From positions 62,001 to 126,000 of the forward strand of contig JALMLS010000484.1 of assembly GCA_038496445.1 (NCBI GenBank): a stretch of DNA of 64,000 nt, read 5' to 3'. The translations under genes were made by a program, and so were the position numbers. The DNA is from Trichosphaerium sp. ATCC 40318 (lineage: Eukaryota > Protista > Tubulinea). Below the pieces are notes generated by a model. That model was not told where the DNA came from. It did no database searches and was given only the letters and a program-made list of their open reading frames with translations. Numbering within the stretch: the first letter of the stretch is position 1; every line of letters starts with the position of its first letter. Of this stretch, positions 38,056-50,622 are shown in pieces.

Positions 38056-39363
38056 CTACATGAGCAAATCAATTGCTTTTTTGTTTTCCAGTAGCGGAGA
38101 CATATCAAGACGTGGTAAAACGTGTTTTTTTGGTTGTTGTCCACGTTTTCTTGGGAATGAACCGTAAATTTCTGGATCGCGATCTTGTCTTACTGCACGG
38201 GCACGGTTTGGTTCTTGGTTCAAGTGAAAGTCTTCTTTCCTTCTGGTAGTAATACTCTCTTCACCCCAACCGTGCAAGTGCTTGAAATGTTCGAACATCA
38301 CGCTGTCTTTTACTTGATCCTTTTTCTTCGTTTTTCCTTTTTTGGATCGAGGCGATACACTAGGTGTATCCAATTCTACCTTTGATCTGTCACTCGTAAT
38401 CTTGTTCTTCTTTACGTATTTCTAATTATGAGGTTAGAGTTAGTGATAGGAAGTACTTTCACGTGCATCTTTGGCAAGTTGAAGGCGAGGAGAAATTGTT
38501 CCAACTCGGTTAAAATCTTGATAATTCGCCGCATCAAAATGAACGCCTTTTCCCAATAGGATGGTGTAGACCTTATTGAAATTTGCAAGTTCCTTCGATT
38601 GATTAGTATATATTTGACTGATTTAAAGAATTAAAAAACCAGAAAATACGTACCTTTGCGTGCATTGGACCCCAAGTCAATACCATGCTAAAAAAAAAAA
38701 TGAGATTGAAAAGTACCTTTTTTTTCAAACGTACCGGCGTGCTTCTACATACATAGATGGTGACCTGTATGACTAAATAAAGCAGCAGTTAGTATTAGGA
38801 TTACTTTTAAGCTTTTTGGATCGCGTACTTGTAACGCAAGTCCTCCGATTTTTGAAGCAAGAACCTCATCGTTAAAGCATGCACGCAAATGGAAACCACA
38901 GCTAGTAGCGCACTCATCAAGTAGCTAAAAAATCGTCAAATCAAATGGATACGAGTTAAAAAACACTCACTTGAAGAGCATGAGTTACTGTTCTATCACG
39001 TGAGCTATCAAGCAAAGGTAAAACTCTACTGAGAACAGATTCGGGCAATTTTTTCGGAAACTGATTGATCAACAGAACCAAGTCGTACACTGCTATAATG
39101 TCTATCTTCTACAGTGTAACAGTTTGTATGTGTTAAAGAAATAAATACTGTATACCTTAGATAGAATAGCTCTATCGATTAGGTCATACGCTTCTTGCTT
39201 TACCATTGTAACGCCTAAGAGTATAACAGTTAGTTTTTTATTAGGGAATTCAGAGTTTTGAAAGAAAATGTACAAAAGTTTTAATTAACGTCTTCTTTAA
39301 CGTACTGTTTTCTTTTAGTAGTGTAAATAAGATTGATTTCTTGTATGTTCCGGGTTCTGCCAT
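38056..39363 (-). CDS. VHS-domain-like protein (multi-exon)
   Basis: LIDRAI, ALQLLDECATSCGFHL, LTW, YTILLGKGVHF fit a VHS helix pattern; includes a GC-AG intron at 38422-38466. Confidence 0.6.
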
Positions 39364-39652
39364 GTTGTTGTAATGATTTTAAGATTTTTATTTTATGCAC
39401 AACTTGTAATAACTTAATCCATAAAATAAGACCTTAACAATATCAATCTATGCGTTGTTGGTACTATGTTAATAGTTTAAACTGATTTTTAAATTCTTTG
39501 GTGAATGGTTCGTGTGCAAGGTTAGAATTTCATAATCAAAACATTCCTTTTATGGAGAAAGAAAGTGAACCAATTTCAGTCAAATTCAAACCTTGTCGCC
39601 GAAAAAATTCTGGTCGTTTTTTTGAACTAATATCTAAATCAGTTTGTTCGCC

Positions 39653-41759
39653 ATGGCAGAGCCTGTACTCATCGATGGTAGTTTTCTTGAAGGCGGTGGA
39701 CAAGTTTTACGCAACAGTGTGGCGCTTTCAGCGTTGTTGAATAAACCTATCAAGGTTATCAACATTAGAGCCAAGAGAAACAATCCTGGTACGTAAATTA
39801 CCGTTATGCGGCTGTATAAAACGGTTCTTTCGCCGATATCGATCAATAAATGATAATTGTCAATAGGGCTTCGCGCTCAGCACTTGGCAGGTATCAAGCT
39901 CGTAACACAGATGTTTAACGGGGAGTGCGTAGTTGGTTTACATTTTAGCGAGAATAGCGCCGTTCATACGTACTGGTTTACTCTAATATTGCTTATAGCC
40001 TGGTCGGAGGCGCAGTAAAGAGCTCTGAAATTGTATTCACTCCAAAAACCTTCTCTCCTGGAGTCTACACTGCCGATACACGCACAGCTGGGTACGCTTT
40101 ATATTTACAAACATCAGACAGCAAAAAAGTCTAAAAACGCGTCATTCGCTCGTGTTTGTTCACCATTAGCGTAAAATTACGCTAAAGTACTCCATAAGCA
40201 CAATTTTGTTGTGCTTGAGACGTTTCTGTGAAAATACTGACATTTATTCTCACTGACGCTTCCAATAGGAGTGTATGCCTTTTGGTGCAAGTGTCACTTC
40301 CTTGTCTTATATTTGGTAAAGGTGAAACTACAGTCACTTACAAGGGAGGTACAAATGCCTCTAATGCGCCGCAGACAGACTACTTCATCAATGTACGTTA
40401 TCAGTAGTATTGCTTTGCATGTGACGTACTGGAGTATGCACAAAAAAATGACATTTTTTTGACTTGATTTTTGCTTTGTTGATGTTTTGCCTTTCAGGTC
40501 TTCACTCCGATTGCTGCACGGTTTGGGTTAAAGTATGACTTCAATATTGTTAAAAGGTATGTCTGTCAAACATTTTTTTGTCTTTCCAAGTGTTTTATGC
40601 TTAACTGTTTTGTTAAGAGGATTTTATCCAAAAGGCGGTGGTGTTTGTGTTATTAAAAGCCAGACGTGTCATTCCTTGACTCCAGTTTCTATGACAAAAC
40701 AAGGTGCCTATTCTTTTTATAGTTGGTTTCTTTTTTCATAAAACTGCCTTGCACCTGATAACTTATTCGATAATATCACATGACTACATAATTCATAAGA
40801 AAGCGTTTGTAAACAGTTATTGTTTTTTCTTAAAATTTTCTCAGTTGCTTCTGTATTAATAACTTTTTTTTCTTCTAGGCGAAGTAGATACTATTCATAT
40901 TTACAGTTATGTTGCTGGAAGACTTCCTGAAAGGGTAGGTGACAATGAGTTATCATTAAATTGCTTTTAAATGAAGGAACATCAATTGTTGACGTGTTTT
41001 GTTCTTAGGTCGCTAAACGCATAGCAGAACCTGCTGTAGAAAAATTGAAGGGTGCATTCCCACAAGCAAAGATTGAGTTAACATGTGAAAAACCACAAGC
41101 AGCCTTTGGCAACGGTAGTGGCATCATGTACGTTCAAGAATTATTTTTCTTTTTCGGAATCTGTCACTCCTAATCCTTTTCCTGCAGCATTTGGGCTAAA
41201 ACTACAACTGGTTGTATTCTTGGTGGTTCAGCGCTTGGTGATAAACGTAAGTGGTGATTATAGATTGTATTTTATTTAAAGTGATGAAGGTACCAAGGAC
41301 GAAACTGTTGGTAAAAAAGCTGCACAGGAATTGATAGATAATATTAAAGATGGCGGTTGTGTTGATGAATATCTTCAAGATCAACTTATTATCTTAATGG
41401 CTTTGGCAGGTGGAACATCTCGTATACGTACTGGACCTTTAACTGGACATACGAAGACATCTATCCATTTTACTTCACTACTAACAAAGGTACAAACAAC
41501 GTTGGATCAATCTCCTTTTTTTTCTTTTTTTTTTTTTCTTCTTTTGCCCTTTTCTTATCACTTTTTGTTAGGCCCAATTCACTGTAACTAAAGTGGATGA
41601 CGAAGAAGATAATAAGTGGAAGAGAGGAAATAGCTACATAATTCAATGTGATGGTGAGTAATATGCCATTTTTTATTTTTTTTTTTTTGCAACTTGCAAT
41701 ACCCCCTTTGTTATGTATTTACTTTTGTTACAGGTATTGGTTACAAGAACAGAAAGTGA
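39653..41759 (+). CDS. RTCA: RNA 3'-terminal phosphate cyclase
   Basis: [56 protein letters not shown]. Confidence 0.96.
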
Positions 41760-42256
41760 TATAAGTGTCAATATTACAACAAGATAAGCGCACTTTAAAT
41801 AAGCGTTAAAGCAAATCCTTCTGCCTTTTTGTACAGGAGAATAAACGCGCCTTGTACAAAATGCCCACTGGTTCATCACGTAGCCACCTTGTTATTGTTA
41901 AAGGCACTACTAAGTACAGTCTTGACATACCTTGAATTTCCCTGATATCGTATGTACTACCTTTTCAGGGGAACCTGTAAGTAGTACAGTTTACTATGCA
42001 ATAATCTAAGTAGAGTGTTCATAACTTGTCAAGTGTTCTGTTAGCAAATACTCTTTGTATCTCTCAGTCTTCGCATTGCCAAGTTGTGTACCAGATCTAC
42101 TATAAAAAGTATCATCTAGCAGTTTGAATCACGTGTCAGGAGTGTTAAGGTTCAAAAAGTCAAGATGCTTTTCTCAGTTCCAATTCACTTAACTTACGTC
42201 CAAAATCACGTGCTTTTTTACGTATAAGCAACAAAGTACTCTAAAGAAGTCCACAA

Positions 42257-43775
42257 ATGACAGTGGATACAGAAGAAATGGATTCTACACAGTTTGCGTT
42301 GGCTCTGGCGACAATATTGGTTGGTATTCTTTCTTTGGTTTCGTCAATGTGTATGTTCATTATAGTCATTGTTTGCCGTAATATAAGAGTGTTTTCAACG
42401 AGACTCGTTCTGTATCTCTCTATTGTTGATGGTATACTTTCTACAAGCGAAATAATATCTGGTATTGCGTCTATTCGAGAAAACGGTACGTAGCGTTTTG
42501 ATTAATTAAAACAGACTTTTTTTTTTTGAATTCTGTTTTCTCAAGTTTTCAAGTGGAAGACACGTGCTTTTTTTAGACTATTGTAATAGTTGCTTTCTCG
42601 CATCCTATCAAACGTAAAACGCATATCAATCATGTCACAAGTAGACAAGAATTTCTGATTTTCTTGTTTTAGATTGGCTTTGCTCTTTTGCTGGATATAC
42701 AGTTGTTTATGCTAACCTTACTGTCTGCATTATCATTGTCACTATGTCTCTCAACGTGTATTTTCTAACTCATCATGAGTACGTATTTCCATAGTAAGAA
42801 ATCACGTGATTTGATTAATTCTGGGATATTTAGGAAGGATTTGAGAAGAGTGGAAAAGCTTATTTTATTCGTTTTGATTGTATTTCCAATGGTTTTTTCT
42901 TTGATTCCTTTTCTATTTAAAACTCTTGGACTTGAGCAAGGATCAGGGTGAGACATGATTATAAGCATCTCCCTTTGACTAATATATTCACAATCCAGGT
43001 GCTTCATATTCAACAATTCGTTAGAACACACTTTGTATGAAAAAACTTGAAAAACATAACAGGCTAAGGATCATCTATTTTAGGTGTTTGGTTTTATAGT
43101 GGCTTTGCCATTTACTTTATCAGTTGTTAGTATATTAATACTGAACACTAAATCAATAGTGATGATAAGACGCGAAATCAGGTTCAACGTACACAGATCT
43201 TAATAAAATGTCGCAGTGATGACTTTTTTTTCATTTACTTTTTCTAGGATTCTATGAACTCAAAACGATCGAATGGTGTACTCATGCTCATAATATTTAA
43301 GCTTCTTGGATATTCCATATTATTTCTACTATGTTATGCACCAACAGTTGTACAATATATCATTAATGTAACGCATGTCTTAGACGAAGTAAGCAAATCA
43401 ACGTTTTGACAATGTTCAATTATTGTTCATCAATTGTTAACTATTGACTTGCTAATAATCCCTTTAGCCCTACTACCTACGCAATGTTGAGCAATTAACA
43501 CATCTTATGTTTCCTTTGGTAAGTACATTTATATTCTTTGCTGGATCATGCCAAAACACACAAGGTACATACACGACTTGAACAGTTTTGTTATTTTAAG
43601 TTCTTGGGTTTTTTTCTTTGTTTCAACCTCTTTGGTAGTTGATATGACGCACTCATACAAGTACACAACAAGTTACAATACACTAGAGGACTCAGATCTA
43701 TATCAAACAAAAGCTAGCTATGGTACTGTTTCATTTGAAAGCAGTGAGATGAAAGAAGATATCATTCAAAAATGA
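42257..43775 (+). CDS. Seven-transmembrane receptor, cAMP-receptor-like (CAR/CRL-type)
   Basis: TM1 ..GILSLVSSM.., RLVLYLSIVD, WLCSFAG, YSILFLLCYAP; multiple hydrophobic exons. Confidence 0.7.
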
Positions 43776-44057
43776 ACAAGGCTTCGCAAATCTACAAACA
43801 CGTGATCTCAAGTGGGGATTATAGAACGTTACAATGCGGTAACACAAAATGATGGAAAATAAAACAGTTTTTATACAACATTACCTCCAAGTGTATCTAC
43901 GCCAACAGTACTACAACTAAATGCTTCTATATATTCCAACTACATGTATCACTAACGGACGCCTTTAAAATCAGGTTTTTTTAGCTGGGCATTTTGTGGA
44001 CGAGAACGCAAACGTGTTAATTATGAAAACATACTTACCTAAAGCCCTGGTATCAAA

Positions 44058-44329
44058 TCAGACGCTACAGTTATCTATTTTGCACTGAACCCGACAAAAG
44101 GTTGAAATTGAAGTAAGGTATGTGATAACAAACCCAGAATGGTTTGTCGTTCTAGAAATCGTAGCTGTCTGAGGCTCCAGAACCAACACTAACCCGGTTT
44201 CTTTAGGAGCTGTACTGTAGTAACAACGAGCCAAATTACGACCTATAAAAACAGCATATAATTGTAAGTGCGTGGGAGTACGTGACCCGCAGTGAACCCA
44301 GTGAGTTTACTTGTTAAGCGAACAAGCAT
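44058..44329 (-). CDS. Possible small two-exon ORF with a mitochondrial-presequence-like N-terminus
   Basis: MLVRLTSKLTGFTAG|RNLARCYYSTAPKE; clear TTTTTATAG acceptor, atypical GTCACG donor; ends C-S-V-TGA. Confidence 0.3.
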
Positions 44330-44362
44330 TTAATACCACAATTAGATTGCACCTTTTTCACA

Positions 44363-45118
44363 ATGGCCATCGTTAGAAACCGCGTACTCTTTTGTACTAT
44401 TGTAATAGCTGGCCTTATAAGTACATTATGGGTAATCCTACAACATAATACTAACAGTCTTTAGTTGGCGTTGCTATCTTCAATGTTGGTTTTGGTATAT
44501 CTGCTCCTTCTTCTACTTTAACAATGGCATTTACGACGCCATACTATGGCCTCACTATTGCCTCTTTTTTTGTTTGTTTGTTCTACCTTGGTATGTCTCT
44601 TTTCGACCAAATTTTTGGGTTTTCATTGAACACATGTGGCCTCACTGTAGTATTAGTACTAGCGCTTACAGAAAAGTACTTTTGTATTCCTTTGATTGTA
44701 TTCTTTAGTTTCGTGTCAGCATGCTTTGCGTCATGCGTTGGTAAGTTGTCAGTCACAGAAAACGTGATTAACAGATTGCAGCATATGAGATAGGAGAGCT
44801 TGGTTTCGACAACCCTTACGTTCACTGGCATTATGACGGTAAGATGGTATGTACTGCTTCAACATAAGACACATCATTAGCTGACTCTTTTAAGATGTTC
44901 TCTGGTGCTGTCATAGCTATTGCTTTCAATTTATTCGCTACAATGTCTGTGTTTATTCCATTAGGTACGTCTGTAAAAGGTATGCATTGTTAACTTTATG
45001 CGGCTAGGTGACGGCCATTCTCTCCCAGGAAGGTACAATAAACAAGTAGTAGGTATAAATCTAATTGGACCATAGCGCGCAGTATCAGCCACTCAACTAG
45101 TGGCCCCATAGAGATTAA
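44363..45118 (+). CDS. Hypothetical multi-pass membrane protein (multi-exon; 3' end uncertain)
   Basis: ATG at 44363; GTACAT...TTTAG intron joins to the hydrophobic ORF 44524-44793; further hydrophobic exons follow. Confidence 0.55.
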
Positions 45119-45279
45119 GCAACCACAAATAAATTTACTTACCACACAAACTTCTAAGCTCTTTTGTTAAACTTGAACGTACACAAAGCTCATAGCAAAC
45201 CACAAATTTCTAATGTCATTACCTTGTGGAAAGAAAAAGAATGAACACGTGACAGGAAATCTTAACACACATCAGGTTT

Positions 45280-47527
45280 TCATACTAAATGTACACGCTT
45301 TATTTGAGAATATGCAAAGCTAGTAGTGCAGTATTTACATGTTGTAGGGTTACTCGTGTTACCCAATAGACAAGGTTTACAGTAAACATGTCCACAAGGA
45401 AATTTTAAAATACATTGTGCATCACACGATTCACAGATGCCACACATTGATGGACGACGTAATCGCTTAAAATCTTCAAAAAAAATCAGCAAAAAAAACA
45501 ATTCAAGTGAAATAACCAGAAATTTATAACGGTTTGTGGGTTAATGAGCACCCAAATAAAACAATCTTTTATTGCCAAACTTTGTTGATGTCTTACATCA
45601 ACAATAAGGCACGTGGTAATTGATTTTTTTCAAAGAAAAAAACGAGCAACAAAAATGTACCTTGAGTGATTTCATCAGTATCAGGCTGCCTACCATCATC
45701 AACATCCATATCAGAATCACGCTTCCTCTTTCTCTTATTAGTATTGGTCTTTAATCCTCTGAACATTGGAATACTACGGCCTCCTCGTGAAAGTGCCGTA
45801 GCTTGAGGATGAATACCTCCTTCGTCTCCACCTCTTGCTCGCGCTTTGCGCTTATGAGAAGCTTGATCCCTAAGAGGGAACTTATACGGGCTGCTAGGAC
45901 GCGCCAGGGAGTGTAGAAGTCCGGATCTAGGCGAGATCGACGGATTGTTTGTACCAGACGCCATGTTTGCTCCTAAAACTGTTTAGACTAGCTCTTACGA
46001 TATTAAAAAGGTACACGTACGCCTAGGAGAGTTTGGCATATGAGTGTTGCCACTTGGCATGTTTCTTTCGTTATTAAACCGTCGCTCAGCCAAAAACTTT
46101 TGTATTTCAAGGCGTAGAGACGTGTGCTGCTGAATCTGAGACATATACATAGGTACGCCTGTGAAAGGGTTTGTACCCTTATTCATAAGGTGCCTATTAA
46201 CTAATACAACGTAAGAAAAGCAAAAGCTTCAACAAAGAAAGAAAAAAGGTAAACAACCAAACAAACGTACTTGTACTCTGGTCTACAACGTGTCCTGATG
46301 GTAACAAGACTGGTGCAACCATCAGAGCATGCGTGATTGGATCTACATACGCTTTCGGTATGTTACCATCCGAGGTAATCATATTATTGTTCAGTGGTAT
46401 CATTCCAGCGCTAGACGATGTGCCACGAAGCTGAGGCATCATCTAAGGGGAAAAGTTAAAAAACCTCTGATGCGCGTAGCTGTCGCATATGTACGCACGT
46501 TTTCTAAAACCGAAGTAGCGTTAGGAAGAAAGTTTTGCGAATTAAATCGTTGTTGCTGTTGACGCTGATGCTGCTCATGACGTTGCATGATTTGTTTGCC
46601 TATATCATTATTACAAGACGGAGACACCCATCCCCATATATTAACAGCTTGTAATACACCACAAGTTGATCTGTGAACTAAACAGAGAAGAAGTCAGTTT
46701 GTTAATAAATACCAAGAAAAAAAAGTTCTGGACATACATTTTTTTAAGACTATTTTAACACTTGTGACATTAGCCATGTAGAATACACCTTGCTGGAAAC
46801 GTAGATTCTTGCATCCATTTGATTCAGGTACTTTATAGTTGGAACTCTTAAACATGTGATTGTCCAGCCTGAGACAAGCTCCATGACGCTAAAAACGGTC
46901 AACAAAACATCAACAAAAAAAAAAAAAACCGTACGATTAAATGAAGGTCGCCATACTGCCCTACAAACTTATACTGGCGCTGAGATGTCGTGGCTATCTC
47001 TACCCTTATGACTTGTAAAGAATGTGACGATATCCGAGGGAAGATGTCAATGGCTCTTAAAGAGATAGGGAACCTTGAAATGCAATGATAATCAGACGGT
47101 TTTTTTTAATTATTGAGATTTTAATAAAAGGGTTTGAACGTGTTTCGACTTACTTCCACTTGAACGTAATATGAACTGGCGGTTTGATGAAGGGCTCTAA
47201 AATCAATCCTTGACTTTTGGCACCAGTTGAAGAAGCAATGAGGTTTTTCGGTTCGTATCCGTTTTTATATACAGATTCGGTACTAACGGCGCATTCTATA
47301 GGTAGAAGGTTAGAATTCTAAGTTCGTTGTAGAAAGACTATTTTTTAGACTCGCAGTAGTGCGTTTTCTGACACCGAAATACAAAATTAAGCGCCCTCGT
47401 AAAGTTTTTATGAGATTGTAGCAAATTACAAGCGTAAAGAGCACACTGCCACTCAAATAGCATGTATATAGTTTTAAAACGCTTATTACGTACCGAAACG
47501 CTCGTCAGCAAAGTTTATCAAGGACAT
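45280..47527 (-). CDS. UBOX5: U-box and RING domain E3 ligase (UBOX5/RNF37-like)
   Basis: N-terminal GYEPKNLI...FIKPPVHITF; U-box IPKAYVDPITHALMVAPVLLPSGHVVDQST..NPFTG; C-terminal RING CGIC...PCGHVYCKPC...CKYC. Confidence 0.85.
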
Positions 47528-47930
47528 TATGTGTTTGTTTGTCTATACATACGCTCAATAGATTAGCGTTGCGTAGTGTTACGTTACCAATATATTGTAG
47601 AGTGATTGAATCGACTTAAACTCAATCAGAGAAGAGAAAACGACTTGAAAGCGAAAAGTTTTGTAAAAACTGAAGTTCACTGATAAGAAACGCATTGCGC
47701 ATTCGTTAAGAAGCAAAAGCAATGATGACAGTATGAGTTTATTAATTTTTGACAACGTTCATTGGTCCTACAGTTTTCACTCAAAATGACACAAACCACG
47801 ATTGTAGGGACTTTCTCGCTATTGACGGCGCTATAAACGCCAAACAGGTACCGAGTACACAAATTAAAAGACAAAAAACAATTACAGTTTATTTCTGGGT
47901 TACAAACAAAAGACAGACGCAGTTCTACAA

Positions 47931-49085
47931 TCACCATTTTTGGTAGCTACTTCTTGAACCTTTTTGGCTTCTGCGTTTTGAGTCGAAGCTCCTATATCTT
48001 ACAGTGTAGTTTCTTTGAGGTTCCTTATATTCGGCGTGGCGTGCCATCCACTTTTTTGACTGTTCTTTGTTAGCGCCAAGAAGCTGTAGCATAAAGTCCG
48101 AATCGACTACCATGCCAAGAGTAAACAAGTTGCCTCTTCTGAAGAAGAAGGCAGAACCGTAGCGACCACTGTTCACGTGATTGTTGAGAACCTGTTCGAG
48201 AGCAACTATATTGTTGTACAGTTCGCTCATGTCAACGTTTCGCTGAAACAAAGTAACCCGTCCAATTTTGAGCATCGTATCGAAGTCAGAAACTAAAAAG
48301 CCTTGTTTCTTCTCAACAAGATTTGCCACATTTGCCAATTGACGTCCAGCTTTTAAGTAGCATCCCATTGAATATCTATGCGAAAACTCGGCCAAATCAT
48401 ACTCGCTCACTACACGTGCGATTAGAGAGAACAAATAATTCATCAAAAAAAAAAACAGTACCTCCTCCGTAATGTTCGACAGGCACGAAGCACTTAAGGC
48501 TGAAGCCCTTACTTCTCATAAATGTAGATACGTTCCAATTAAACCAACAGTTGTCACCGTCGGGTATTTTTAGCATAATCTTAGCGACCATTTCTAGTAC
48601 GATCTCGGAAGGCATGTCAGAAATTGAACCGACGTTGCATCTGCTGCCTAAAATTGAATAATAAGAATTAGAAAACGAAAGAATTGTAAAAAATAGGGCG
48701 AGTTTGTTGACATACCGACGTTCCAGATATAGACAGGTCGCTTTTGCCTGTCTTTTAGGATATCTTTGCGAATGTTTACTGTTTTTTCAGAATTTTTTGT
48801 TTCACGCGCTACTTGAGTACTACGCTGCGTTATGACGTTTGGTTCGGCGTCTTCGTTGTTCCTAGCGTGTTGTTCTTTCTCGTGGTGCTCTTTACAAATA
48901 TCTAGAAGTGTGTGACACGTAAAAGCAAGCTTGCCTCTAGCGTCAAGCAGTTCTAGTAGTCTTTCTATCGGTTTTAACGGTAGAGAGGATAATGTGCAAT
49001 TGTCGTTTGACGCTGCTTCCTCCAGTAGCTTTTTTTGAACCGAGGACATTGTTGTTGTAGGTTTAACTTGTTGTGTGCGTTTCAT
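47931..49085 (-). CDS. Hypothetical protein with F-box-like N-terminal motif, 3 exons
   Basis: LSSLPLKPIERLLELL; two canonical introns (GTATGT...TTTAG, GTACTG...TGTAG) join three ORFs in frame; pseudogene paralog at 14.9-15.6 kb. Confidence 0.75.
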
Positions 49086-50292
49086 TGTAACGAGAATTAT
49101 GTCAGTCTTTTCAGTTCTTTCTTTTTATAAAAATTAGCAAGTTATAAAAGCGTAAATTGCATTGACTGCGACATTAAACCAGAAACGGTAGTTTGTAAAA
49201 TAACCGAAATGTCAAAAATTTGCTAAAAATACCAAAGCACGTTTCATGTAGAGTCAAAAAAAAACATGAACTAAAAAATGTCCTAGACGCTTGTAGTTTC
49301 CCTTATGAACAAGTGTAAGTGGGTGTAAAGCCCAATCGAGATTTTAAAAATTACTAAGCGGAAAATTGTGTTGAGCGTTTACGACTTTTTGTTTACCAGA
49401 CTAAAACCCGTTCATATAGGCTGAAAACAACTTACGTATCCGTTGTAAGGTACAACAGATTTTTTTAAGGGCTCTACACTGAAAAGGTGCGAGTAAACGC
49501 GAAACAATTGTTTAGCTGGCTAATTATTGTTTTATCGCGTAGTAAAAGCGCCATGTTCATTTCAATGGTGTGATGCTGTTTTGGACGGCCGATACAATAT
49601 GAAAGTGCCTCTAAATGCCACTGATGCTGTACCACACTCTTGGGTATATTATTTTGCGACAGTTTGGTGATATAACCAAAAGAAGGTAAATAAACTCTTC
49701 GATCACGTTTTTGTCCTGCAATCTTACTAAAACAGTTTAAAGTAAGCGCTGACGCCATGACATTGTACGGTAGGAAAGAAAATAGGTATTTTACACGAGC
49801 TAACGAAAGACAGTCGATCGAAACGTTACGAAGCATTTTAAGTAGCAACAACAAAAGAATCTCCATTTCTACCGCTAGTAGCAGTGCATTTGCGTATGGT
49901 GCAGTAGAGAAGGCGTTGTATCCTTCATCCAGGTTCAAATAGTTGTCGTTTTGCGCTTGCTTTTTAGCTACCAAGCACTGCCGATAGAGTACGAATAATT
50001 ACGTACAAAGCAAAAAAAAAGAACCTTGTTAGTAGCACGGTTCGCGAACCAAAACACCGCCGAACCCCTTGACCCCGTTCTCACGCATAAACATCGCAAG
50101 CGCAAAGGGTTTATGGGCAGTTTGAAATATGCATTATCTGTATTTGGAGTATTAAAACTGATTTTTCTTTGAACTGAATCGAATTTTACACTTTTTGTAC
50201 ATTTATACTTGTAAAACGAACGTATAAAACGTTCATTAGCACCTGCGTAACGCAGTGGTGCAAATAAAAGCTGATGTTACCAAAAAAATACT

Positions 50293-50334
50293 ATCCCACA
50301 ATTTATTTAATGGATATTTGATCGTGTATTTAAA
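50293..50334 (+). promoter_or_regulatory. snRNA-type promoter: USE/DUSE-like ATCCCACAA plus TATA-like TATTTAAA
   Basis: TCCCACAA (50294-50301) fits the Dictyostelium DUSE consensus WCCCAYAA and resembles the plant USE RTCCCACATCG; TATA-like box at 50327-50334; same spacing in the second copy. Confidence 0.6.
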
Positions 50335-50355
50335 GCAACAGAATAATCATAATAA

Positions 50356-50622
50356 TAACTTTAACTGGCCTTTCAACCCTTACAACGTTGTCTGAATGTC
50401 GCCGCTTCTGACTTTCATCACTAATCCTGAGAATTTACTGAAGTAGGGTGTATGTTGACGCTGTTACCTCTTCGTTACGGGTGTTTAATTAATCGGGTAA
50501 ACAACCTTAATTCCTGATACAGCAATATGTCAACAGCACTAACAGGTAAGGAACTCCTATTACACGGAACTCGACGGGCACCTTCATCCTGATACTGCTG
50601 ACCGGGCTGCAGTGAATTTTTT
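50356..50622 (+). ncRNA. Unidentified structured RNA, copy 1 (~267 nt)
   Basis: Upstream USE+TATA, helices shared with copy 2 including compensatory changes, terminal hairpin followed by AATTTTTTGA. Confidence 0.7.

Noticed and set aside
44031-44310. ATACTTACCT followed by TTGCACT and several stems, suggesting U1 snRNA
   Set aside because: There is no upstream CCCAYAA, TTGCAC is not in a closed loop, the U1-70K loop is poor and no Sm site follows the closing helix; the 10-mer is equally a minus-strand AG|GTAAGTAT donor
48410-48461. Apparent frameshift at a poly-T run between two ORFs
   Set aside because: Explained by a canonical GTACTG...TGTAG intron
49474-49974. 166-aa minus-strand ORF
   Set aside because: No ATG start, not protein-like, and the frame is not preserved in the second repeat unit
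50355-50372. 5' ends ATAACTTTAACTGG and ATAACTACAACCTGG resemble U1 ATACTTACCTGG
   Set aside because: This segment differs between the copies, does not complement the local donor consensus, and the U1A and U1-70K loops are missing
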